NCBI GenBank assembly: GCA_036149055.1
Contig: JAYZQJ010000178.1
Location: 1 to 64,000 of the forward strand
Source: Myxococcota bacterium
GTDB taxonomy: Bacteria; Myxococcota_A; Polyangia; Polyangiales; Sandaracinaceae
Direction: 5' to 3'
DNA: 64,000 nucleotides
The position numbers and the translations under genes are program-made. Below the pieces are notes generated by a model, which had not been told where the DNA came from, did no database searches, and was given only the letters and a program-made list of their open reading frames with translations. Of this stretch, positions 28,881 through 36,610 are shown piece after piece (position 1 is the stretch's first letter; each line of letters opens with the position of its first letter).

Positions 28881-30335
28881 TCAGGCGTGGCCGCGGTAGC
28901 CGTCGGGGTCGCCCTGCCGGAGCGCCTCGGCCAGCTCGGGCCCGCCCTCGCCGAGGAGGCGCGCGGTCTTGCCGGCGAGGTGCTGCAGGCGATCGATGAA
29001 CCGGTGGTCGTGCTCGGCGGTCTCGAGGTGCGCGATCTCGTGGAGCACCACCCCGAGCGTCTGGGCGTCCAGGATGTCGTCGAAGCGGAGCGGGCCGCGC
29101 ACGTTGAAGGAGATCTCGCGCTTGTCGACGTCGGTCACCGCGTCCTCGAGCAGCCCGGCGTCGCTGGGATCGCGCGCGAAGAAGCGCACCTTCACCACCC
29201 GCCCGGCCACCGCGCGGGCCAGCCACCGCACCGCGTCGGCGAAGCGCAGCTGCGCCTCGTCCGGCTCGACGTCCTCGCCCCCGAACTCGCTCGAGCGGCG
29301 CCGCACGTAGTCGTCGGACGTCTCGAGCACGCGGCTGAGCGACATGTAGGCGCCGTGCGAGATCACCGACGCGTCGACGATGTGCGCGCCGAGCTGCCGG
29401 GCTCGGTCGTTGGCCCGCCGGGTCCCCCCGAGCACCGAGCCGCGCGGGAACACGCGCGAGACGTAGGCGTCGAGCAGCGCCGGGGTCAGCGGCCAGCCGG
29501 CGATGACCTCGTGGACCCAGTCCGAGCGCAGATCGTTCCGGTCCAGGTAGCTGTGGATCATCGCCTCGAGCAGCGCCGCCTTCACCGCGAGCTTGTAGCG
29601 GTCGGGCACCGCGTCGCGGCCCTCGCCGAGGGGCACGCGCTGCGCGACGTCGACGTGCCAGGGGAGGTTCCAGGCCTCGACCGGCAGCCCCATCTCGAAC
29701 AGGTGCGCCTGCTCGCCTCGCCGGGGCGTGTAGATCGACAGGGTCGTGTTGCCCATCGCCGCGCGCTCCACGCCGTCCTTGATGATCACCGTCTCGAGGT
29801 GACAGGAGCTCAGCGTCAGCACCGAGCGCGGCCGGCGGACCTGACGCCCGGCCACCCGCAGCGTGGTGCCCTTCGGCGGGATGCAGAGGCGCAGCATGCG
29901 CTTGGCCTCGGCCAGCTCCTCGTCGGTGAAGCGCCGCCCGAGCACCAGCCGGGTGCCTCGCGCGCGATCGTTGTCGCGCGAGACGCGGCCCTCCTCGGTG
30001 AACGCGACGGTGGTGCCGACCGTCTCGACCAGCGCCCGCTCCATGCCGGCGAGCAGCTCCTTGAGCCCGCGCCCCATGCGCCCGCGCCGCGTGGGGTCGT
30101 CGGGCTTGTCGCTCAGGAAGATCGTGTAGACGAGGCGCTCGTCGCCGATCCCGCCCTCGGCGTCGTCCTCGACTACCACCTCGTCCGCGCCGAGCTCCAC
30201 CGCGACCTGGCTGGCGCGCTCGTCGAACGCGTTCTGCAGCGCCTCGAGCATCAGCCGCCCGAGGGGCCGGGAGGCGCTGAGCCGGCGCCAGCCCTCGTCG
30301 GCGACCTCGAACCAGCGCTTTCTGCCGTCGGGCAC
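28881..30335 (-). CDS. GHKL (Hsp90/MutL-like) ATPase fused to a C-terminal HExxH zincin-like domain
   Basis: LEALQNAFD (motif I), VEDDAEGG (II), RRGRMGRGLK (III), GT (IV); C-terminal VLHEIAHLETAEHDHRF. Confidence 0.7.
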   Translation of the reverse strand: MPDGRKRWFEVADEGWRRLSASRPLGRLMLEALQNAFDERASQVAVELGADEVVVEDDAEGGIGDERLVYTIFLSDKPDDPTRRGRMGRGLKELLAGMERALVETVGTTVAFTEEGRVSRDNDRARGTRLVLGRRFTDEELAEAKRMLRLCIPPKGTTLRVAGRQVRRPRSVLTLSSCHLETVIIKDGVERAAMGNTTLSIYTPRRGEQAHLFEMGLPVEAWNLPWHVDVAQRVPLGEGRDAVPDRYKLAVKAALLEAMIHSYLDRNDLRSDWVHEVIAGWPLTPALLDAYVSRVFPRGSVLGGTRRANDRARQLGAHIVDASVISHGAYMSLSRVLETSDDYVRRRSSEFGGEDVEPDEAQLRFADAVRWLARAVAGRVVKVRFFARDPSDAGLLEDAVTDVDKREISFNVRGPLRFDDILDAQTLGVVLHEIAHLETAEHDHRFIDRLQHLAGKTARLLGEGGPELAEALRQGDPDGYRGHA

Positions 30336-30521
30336 GGACCCGGGAGTATAGGGCAGGGGGTGCGGCTCTGCTCGGCTGAAGGACCGGGCCGGATTGCCGT
30401 ATGGTTGCGTTCGGGACGTCGCCAGGGCGACAATGGGTACGAGCTTGCTGAAGATGGGCGAGACGTGGGGCATCGAGCGACCGGGTGGGGGTCGTGCGCC
30501 GAGCGTCCGCCGAGAGGGAGA

Positions 30522-31070
30522 ATGATGGCCGCGTCGAGTGACCAGGTGATCTGCCACGTCTGCGGATTCAAGAATCCGGCGAACGCCGAGCGCTGCGTCT
30601 CGTGCGGCGCGAAGCTCGAGGAGCTCTCCGGCGCCTACAGCGCAGAGGAAGCTGCCCGGAAGAAGAACCAGCAAGAGGGCTTCGAGATCAAGTGGGCGCT
30701 CGTCGCCTTCGTCGTCTACCTCGTGCTGCAGGCCGTCGTCCTCGTGCTCCTGCCGATGGTGATCGACGCCTACGACCCGCAGGGCTTCTCGGCCCTGATG
30801 GTCTCGGTCGCGGTGTGGTGCGTCGGCGGCGTCATCGTCGGCTTCGTCTCGCCGGGCAAGACCTTCCTCGAGCCCGCCGTCGGCGCCCTCGTCGCCGTCG
30901 TCCCGACCGTCTGGTGGCTCGTCGACACCACCCCGAGCGCCCCCGAGCACCTCGGCGGAGGCTTCCAGCTCACCATGCCCGCCTACGTCATCGGCGGCCT
31001 GCTCGGCGGCATGATCTCCCTCTTCGGCGCCTTCATCGGCGAGAAGATCCAGGACGCCAAGAACCGCTGA
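30522..31070 (+). CDS. Zinc-ribbon membrane protein (four TM helices)
   Basis: CHVCG...CVSCGAKL followed by hydrophobic helices; GGAG upstream. Confidence 0.75.
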   Translation: MMAASSDQVICHVCGFKNPANAERCVSCGAKLEELSGAYSAEEAARKKNQQEGFEIKWALVAFVVYLVLQAVVLVLLPMVIDAYDPQGFSALMVSVAVWCVGGVIVGFVSPGKTFLEPAVGALVAVVPTVWWLVDTTPSAPEHLGGGFQLTMPAYVIGGLLGGMISLFGAFIGEKIQDAKNR

Positions 31071-31089
31071 CGTCCCCGAATAGGGCCCC

Positions 31090-31160
31090 GGGGACGGAGT
31101 TCACTTGTGAACTTACGTAGGAGATACGCCTACATGAGTTCACAAGTTCACTCCGTCCCC
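31090..31160. repeat. Palindromic REP/MITE-like element, type B (GGGGACGGAGTTCACTTGTGAAC)
   Basis: 24-bp inverted arms with 2 mismatches and an inner GTAGG/CCTAC stem; between convergent genes; similar copy at 47083. Confidence 0.8.
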
Positions 31161-31166
31161 TAGTCT

Positions 31167-31952
31167 TCATTCGCGGATAGCCGTGAAGCCGGTGGTGAAC
31201 TTCACGCTCGCGCCGAGCACGAGGGCCTCGAGCTCGTCGTCGCCGTCGGGGTCACCGGCCCAGAGGCAGCCGCCGCCGTAAGCCGCGACGACCCGGCCCT
31301 CGCGCATCTCCTCCGCGGTCCAGTCCTCGGTCTCGGCCGAGCCGCTGCTGAGCAGGTCGGCGTGGGCGCTCGAGACGCCGAGCAGCACGCAGTTGACCCC
31401 GTTGGTGGCGATGCCGCCCCCGAGCAGGAGGTCGAAGCTCTCCCCCGGCACGTCGATCAGGCCGAAGGTGTCCCGCTCGACCGTGGTGACCTCGCCGTCG
31501 CACACCCGGTCGCACTCCGGGTTCAGCGTGTTCGCGCCGCACTCGCTCGGGTCGGGATCACGCATGGTGCCCATGCACTCCTGCTTCGGGATCGTGACCC
31601 ACATGCGATGCGGATACTCCGGCTCGCGCTGCGACACGGTCACCCGCTCCGGCCAGGCCTCGCTCGGGCAGACGATCTCCGGGCGGCTGCAGTCGAGCGT
31701 GAACGGGATCGCGTAGCCCCCGTGCTCCACCATCACCGTGCCGCCCTCCTCGGGCAGCGTCGCGTCGTAGGTCGCGCCGCCCAGGGTGATCTCCACCTCG
31801 AGCGCGTCGTCGTACGTGACCGCCCACGCCCCCTCCACGTCGGGCGCCGGGCTCATCGACGTCAGAGGCCCACCGCAGCCCCCACGCGCGCCCATCATCA
31901 TCGGCATCAGCGCCGCCACGCCGATCCAGCCCAGGGTTCCCTTCATGCTCAT
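31167..31952 (-). CDS. Hypothetical Cys-containing lipoprotein
   Basis: Signal ending ARGGC; GGAGG RBS upstream. Confidence 0.65.
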   Translation of the reverse strand: MSMKGTLGWIGVAALMPMMMGARGGCGGPLTSMSPAPDVEGAWAVTYDDALEVEITLGGATYDATLPEEGGTVMVEHGGYAIPFTLDCSRPEIVCPSEAWPERVTVSQREPEYPHRMWVTIPKQECMGTMRDPDPSECGANTLNPECDRVCDGEVTTVERDTFGLIDVPGESFDLLLGGGIATNGVNCVLLGVSSAHADLLSSGSAETEDWTAEEMREGRVVAAYGGGCLWAGDPDGDDELEALVLGASVKFTTGFTAIRE

Positions 31953-31981
31953 CTCACACCTCCAAGTTCGCCTCCGTTCTC

Positions 31982-31997
31982 CGCACGGGGCGTGCCG
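31982..31997 (-). promoter_or_regulatory. Putative sigma-54 (-24/-12) promoter
   Basis: Minus strand CGGCACGCCCCGTGCG: GG-N10-GC spacing, 30 nt upstream of the 31952 start. Confidence 0.5.
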
Positions 31998-32072
31998 AGG
32001 AGATCAGATAGAGATATCGCCATCTGGTTTCCGGGCGAGGTGTGAAGCGTGGGCTCCACCCGTGCTACGGGT

Positions 32073-32780
32073 TCACAGGCGCAGGCGCACGGCGAACGCC
32101 GGCGTGAGCACCAGGCCGTTCGCGCCGATGCTGATATCACCGAGCGACCCGGTCCACAGCTCATGGTCCACGCCGAGCTCCATCATCACGTGGAAGCGCC
32201 GGAAGCCGACCGCGAGCCCGACGACCCCGCCGGTCCGCAGCCCGGTGAGGCTCACCGACGAAGGGCCGAGGTCCCCCGCGATGTGCTCGACGGTGATACG
32301 GGCTCCGATCCACGCCTCGTAGAGGCTGAACAGGTCGAGCGCGATCACCAGCGGTACGGTTCCGCCGACGCGCACCGCGCTCGTCTCGTCGTGGGCCACG
32401 CCCACGTGCGGCGCGATGCCGTAGAGGAAGCTGACGGTGCCGAGCGGGAGGCGACCCCGGAGGTGCCCGCGGGCGCTCGAGGCGGTCGCCTCCACGCCGA
32501 GGTCGGCGCGCGGGCCCAGGCCGTGGCGCACGAAGGCCACCGGGGTCGCGCCGCCGGGCGCCCCGAACGAGAGCGCCTGGTCCAGCTCCGCGCCCATCGC
32601 CTCGGGGCTCAGGTCTCCCACCGGGATCCGGTAGGCCGCCCCGGCCGCGAGGTCGCTGCGTCCGGTGGGCACGGTGCTCCCGCCGGCGAAGCTGGGCAGC
32701 GCCGGAGCGCACCCCGCCAGCGACAGCAGGGCCAAAATGAAAACGGAGCGACCCGGCTGGATCGCCCCGCGCGCGCCCAT
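32073..32780 (-). CDS. Hypothetical lipoprotein / outer-membrane beta-strand protein
   Basis: Lipobox SLAGC; amphipathic strands; ends AVRLRL. Confidence 0.6.
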   Translation of the reverse strand: MGARGAIQPGRSVFILALLSLAGCAPALPSFAGGSTVPTGRSDLAAGAAYRIPVGDLSPEAMGAELDQALSFGAPGGATPVAFVRHGLGPRADLGVEATASSARGHLRGRLPLGTVSFLYGIAPHVGVAHDETSAVRVGGTVPLVIALDLFSLYEAWIGARITVEHIAGDLGPSSVSLTGLRTGGVVGLAVGFRRFHVMMELGVDHELWTGSLGDISIGANGLVLTPAFAVRLRL

Positions 32781-32790
32781 CAGCCGCCGC

Positions 32791-33096
32791 TCACTTGCGG
32801 AAGCGGGAGGGGTAGTCACCCGACGCGATCCGACCCTTGAGGTCGCCGTCGTCCGGGTGCAGCTTGAGCGCCTTCTCGGCGAGATCCGCCTCCTGCTCCT
32901 CGTGCTCCGGGTTGGGCAGGCAGCACTCGACCGGACACACCGCCTGACAGGCCTCGTGGTCGTAGAACCCGACACACTCGGTGCAGAGGTCGGGGTCGAT
33001 CACGTAGATCTCCTCGCCCTCGCTGATCGCCTGGTTCGGGCACTCCGGCTCGCAGGCGCCGCAGTTGATGCATTCGTCGGTGATGTAAGTCGACAT
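32791..33096 (-). CDS. YfhL-family 2[4Fe-4S] ferredoxin
   Basis: ITDECINCGACEPECPNQAI...YVIDPDLCTECVGFYDHEACQAVCPVEC. Confidence 0.92.
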   Translation of the reverse strand: MSTYITDECINCGACEPECPNQAISEGEEIYVIDPDLCTECVGFYDHEACQAVCPVECCLPNPEHEEQEADLAEKALKLHPDDGDLKGRIASGDYPSRFRK

Positions 33097-33232
33097 GTCC
33101 GCGTCCTTCAGAAAGCGCGGCCAAACTATATAGCTCTCGCCCCCGCGACGCCAGCCGCGAGGGCGAGGAAAATGCGAGGATTTCCGGTGGAAAGCGACTA
33201 TGTCGAGCCATCCGCCCGGAAAACCGATCAAA

Positions 33233-33919
33233 TCAGCGGTGGCTGTCCCGGAGGAAGCCCCCGCCGAGCACGTCGTCGTCGTCACCGAGGTCGAGCTGGC
33301 TGGCCAGGTCGTTCGGTCGCTCGGCGCGCGGGCGCGGCTGACGCGGCTGACGCGGGCGAGGCCGGGGGGCGGCAGCCACGGCCGGGGCCTCCTCCACCGG
33401 GGCGGCCTCGGGCTCGGGCTCGGCGACCACCTCGGGCGCCGGGGCGACCGGCTCGGCCTCGACCACCGCCGCCGGGGCCGGCTCCGGGTGGCTCACCACC
33501 GGCGCGGGCGCGGGCTGCGGCCAGGCGACGACCACCGCGAGCGCGGCCGCGACCAGGCTCGCCGCCGCCATGCCCATCGCCAACCCGCTCTTGCTCGAGG
33601 GCGCCGGCGCGGGGGGAGCGGTCGCGATCTGGAGCCGCATCTCCTCGCGCTGCGCCCGGACCTCGGCCAGCTCCGCCTTCATGCGCTGGATGCGCGCGTC
33701 GAGCTCGGCGTCCCTCGCCTCCCGCTCCGCCTCGGCCCGCTCGCGCTCCGCGTCACGGACCGCCGCCAGCTCCGCCTCCCGGGCGCGCTTCAGCTCGGCC
33801 TCCCGCGCCGCCTCCTCGCGCTCCGCTCGCTCGCGCTCGACCGCCTCGGACACGCGGCGGTCGGCCTCCATGTCGAAGAGCTCCTTCAGGTTCATCAGCG
33901 TGCTGCTCTCGGTCGTCAT
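33233..33919 (-). CDS. Hypothetical coiled-coil, single-TM, Pro-rich protein
   Basis: E/R/A-rich coiled coil, TM helix, Pro-rich tail; AGGAGG RBS. Confidence 0.7.
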   Translation of the reverse strand: MTTESSTLMNLKELFDMEADRRVSEAVERERAEREEAAREAELKRAREAELAAVRDAERERAEAEREARDAELDARIQRMKAELAEVRAQREEMRLQIATAPPAPAPSSKSGLAMGMAAASLVAAALAVVVAWPQPAPAPVVSHPEPAPAAVVEAEPVAPAPEVVAEPEPEAAPVEEAPAVAAAPRPRPRQPRQPRPRAERPNDLASQLDLGDDDDVLGGGFLRDSHR

Positions 33920-33943
33920 CCTCGCCTCCTGGGTGGATGAGAG

Positions 33944-33959
33944 AGCAGCCCCCGTGCCA
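33944..33959 (-). promoter_or_regulatory. Putative sigma-54 promoter
   Basis: Minus strand TGGCACGGGGGCTGCT matches TGGCACG-N4-(T/C)TGCT, 25 nt upstream of the 33919 start. Confidence 0.65.
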
Positions 33960-34049
33960 CGACGAGAGCCACCGAGATCATTCGGGAAATCCCGACTGAA
34001 CCCGATACGGAGATGCTCCGAGTAGGAGCGCCGTCTACTTCGAGTAGAG

Positions 34050-35453
34050 CTAGACGGTCGGGAGCCGGACCCGCTTGGGGCGCGGATCGGCGCCGGGCGG
34101 CGGCTCGGGCAGGGTGCCGTCGGCTTCGTAGAGATCGGCCACCAGGTCGTAGGCGGCGGCCTTGGTCACGAACGCCTTGCGCACGTCGCCCGGGCGGGCG
34201 GTGCCGTTGGCGAGGTAGACCTTGCCGTCGATCTCGGGGGCCTGTCCCCACCAGCGGCCCTCGAGGAGCAGCTCGGACTCGTCGCTGATCCCCTCGACCA
34301 GGACCTCGACGTCGCGCCCGACCATCGCCTCCATCTTGCGCTTGGAGATCGGCCGCTGGGCGGCCATCAGCTTTCGGTGGCGCGAGGCCGCGACCTTGGC
34401 CGGGACCTGCGCGTCCATCTCGCCGGCCGCGGTGCCCTCCTCGACCGAGTAACGGAACACGCCGACCCGATCGAACTCGGCCCACCGCACGAAGTCGAGC
34501 AGCTCCTCGAAGTCCGCGTCGGTCTCGCCGGGGTGACCGACGATGAAGGCGGTGCGGAAGACCAGGTCGTCGATCTGGGTGCGCATCCGATCCACCACCC
34601 GCCGCAGCCGCTCGCCGCCGTGCCCGCGCTTCATGCGGCGCAGCATCGCGTCGGACGCGTGCTGGAGCGGCATGTCGACGTAAGGCAGCACCTTCGGGTG
34701 CTCGGCGAGCAGGGTGATCAGCGAGTCCTTGATGGTCTCGGGGTAGAGGTAGAAGAGCCGCACCCAGCGCAGCCCGGGCACCTCGGCCACCGCCTCGGCG
34801 AGCTTCGCGAGATCCGTCCCGTCCTTGAGGTCGCGGCCGTAGGCGATGGTGTCCTGGCTGATCAGGTTGATCTCGACCGTGCCGAGCTCCACCAGGCGCC
34901 GGACCTCCTCGACCACGTCGTCGATCGCGCGGCTGCGCTGCTTCCCGCGGAAGCTGGGGATCGTGCAGAAGGCGCACTGGCGGTTGCAGCCCTCGGCGAT
35001 CTTCACGTAGGCGCTGTGGTGGCCCTGCGAGAGCCGACGCGGATCGGTCGCGCGGAGCGTGTAGTCGGCCGGGTTGCCGACCATCATGCGGGGGGCGCCG
35101 CCCTGGTCGAGGATCGTCCCCAGCTTCAGCATGTCGCTCGAGCCGAGGAAGTGATCGACCTCGGGCATCTCCGAGGCGAGCTCCTCCGGGTAGCGCTGCG
35201 AGAGGCACCCGGCGACGACGAGCTTCTGGCACGAGCCCGTCTGCCGCAGCTCGCCCATCTCGAGGATGGTGTTGACCGACTCCTCCTTCGCCTCGTCGAT
35301 GAACCCGCAGGTGTTCACCACGATGACCTCGGCGTCTTCGGCGCGGTCGACGACGCGGTAGGCCCGCGTGTCCGACACCCCGAGCATCACCTCGGTGTCG
35401 ACCCGGTTCTTGGGGCACCCGAGGCTGATGAAGTGGATGGTCTTCTCGCTCAT
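34050..35453 (-). CDS. rimO: Ribosomal protein S12 methylthiotransferase RimO
   Basis: SLGCPKNRVDTE, NTCGFIDEAKEES, AGCLSQRY, YVKIAEGCNRQCAFCTIP, TRAM domain APEIDG. Confidence 0.95.
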   Translation of the reverse strand: MSEKTIHFISLGCPKNRVDTEVMLGVSDTRAYRVVDRAEDAEVIVVNTCGFIDEAKEESVNTILEMGELRQTGSCQKLVVAGCLSQRYPEELASEMPEVDHFLGSSDMLKLGTILDQGGAPRMMVGNPADYTLRATDPRRLSQGHHSAYVKIAEGCNRQCAFCTIPSFRGKQRSRAIDDVVEEVRRLVELGTVEINLISQDTIAYGRDLKDGTDLAKLAEAVAEVPGLRWVRLFYLYPETIKDSLITLLAEHPKVLPYVDMPLQHASDAMLRRMKRGHGGERLRRVVDRMRTQIDDLVFRTAFIVGHPGETDADFEELLDFVRWAEFDRVGVFRYSVEEGTAAGEMDAQVPAKVAASRHRKLMAAQRPISKRKMEAMVGRDVEVLVEGISDESELLLEGRWWGQAPEIDGKVYLANGTARPGDVRKAFVTKAAAYDLVADLYEADGTLPEPPPGADPRPKRVRLPTV

Positions 35454-35539
35454 GTCCAGCGGCGGAACCTGACGCTCGCCGGGCCCGGGCGCAAACCGGG
35501 GGGTGAGCGTCCGAGCCCGCAGGTGTAGGCTGGGCGCCG

Positions 35540-36610
35540 ATGGGGAGCCGACCGAAGAAGTACGCGCTGGCGATCGAGCTGACGAGCTACTGCAATCAGA
35601 AGTGCGGCTACTGCTACAACGGCTGGCGCGACGACGGAGGCAAGTCGGTGGGCTCCTTGCCGTCGGATCGGCTCCTCGAGCTGGTCGACCGCGCGCTCAC
35701 CGAGGTGGACTTCGACCATGTCACCCTCACCGGCGGCGAGCCCTTCGCGCGGAAGGACGTCTTCGACGTGCTCGACGTCGTGAAGCGCCACAGCAAGCGC
35801 GCCAAGATCATCTCGAACGGCGGCCTCATCACCGACGCGCTCGCGGCGCGGCTCGCGCCGTATCGGCCGTACTTCGTTCAGATCACGCTCAACGGCGTCG
35901 AGAAGGCGACGCACGAGGCGCACGTCGGCGAGGGCCACTGGGAGGTCACGCTCGACGGCATCGAGGCGTGCCGCCGCGCCGGGGTCGCGGTCAGCGGGTG
36001 CGTGGTCGTGACCCGGAAGAACGCCGACCAGGTCGGCGCGATCCTCGATCTCTGGCGCTCCTTCGGCGTGAACGACATCGCGTTGAGCCGGTTCTCTCCC
36101 GCGGGCTACGCCTCGGCGCAGGTCGCGGAGCTGCTCTGCTCGCGCTCGGAGCTGATCGAGGCGCTGCGACAGGCCGACGCGCGCGGGCGCGAGCACGGCA
36201 CGCGCATCCAGGTGACGATGCCGACGCCGCAGTGCGTGATCGAGCACGCGGACTACCCGCACGTCACGTTCGGTGGCTGCCCCATCGGCACCGAGGCCCA
36301 GGAGCTCGCGCTCGGGCCGGACGGGGGCCTGCGCAACTGCACGCTGCACGAGGAGGTCATCGGGAACGCGGTCGACCACTCGTTCGCCGAGCTGGTCACC
36401 CGGCCCGCGGTCACCGCGTATCGCGACGTGACCGACGAGTTCTGCGCGCCGTGCCCGCTCAAGTCGAGCTGCCTCGGGGGCTGCGGCGCGGCCGCGCACT
36501 GGACGCTCGGCGAGGGGCGCCGCCTCGATCCCTTCGTCGCCCAGCACGTCGACGAGGGGTTCCGCCAGCGCCTCGCGAAGCAGCGCGCGCAGCTCCCCGT
36601 GCTGCCATGA
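35540..36610 (+). CDS. Radical SAM/SPASM-domain protein (PqqE/AlbA-like clade)
   Basis: ELTSYCNQKCGYC, TGGEPF, ISNG; SPASM Cys pattern GCPIG...NC...CAPCPLKSSCLGGC. Confidence 0.88.
   Translation: MGSRPKKYALAIELTSYCNQKCGYCYNGWRDDGGKSVGSLPSDRLLELVDRALTEVDFDHVTLTGGEPFARKDVFDVLDVVKRHSKRAKIISNGGLITDALAARLAPYRPYFVQITLNGVEKATHEAHVGEGHWEVTLDGIEACRRAGVAVSGCVVVTRKNADQVGAILDLWRSFGVNDIALSRFSPAGYASAQVAELLCSRSELIEALRQADARGREHGTRIQVTMPTPQCVIEHADYPHVTFGGCPIGTEAQELALGPDGGLRNCTLHEEVIGNAVDHSFAELVTRPAVTAYRDVTDEFCAPCPLKSSCLGGCGAAAHWTLGEGRRLDPFVAQHVDEGFRQRLAKQRAQLPVLP

Noticed and set aside
35503..36606. Long N-terminal extensions in the ORF track (e.g. 35503 for the B12-rSAM, 15239 for xdhB, 5054 for the hybrid kinase) as frameshift or fusion signals
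   Set aside because: True starts overlap the upstream stop codons (ATGA/GTGA); the extensions are just open alternative frames over the upstream gene.
35540..36610. Calling the SPASM protein pqqE, nirJ or mftC
   Set aside because: No pqqABCD, heme d1/ahb or mycofactocin genes nearby; family-level motifs do not specify the substrate.
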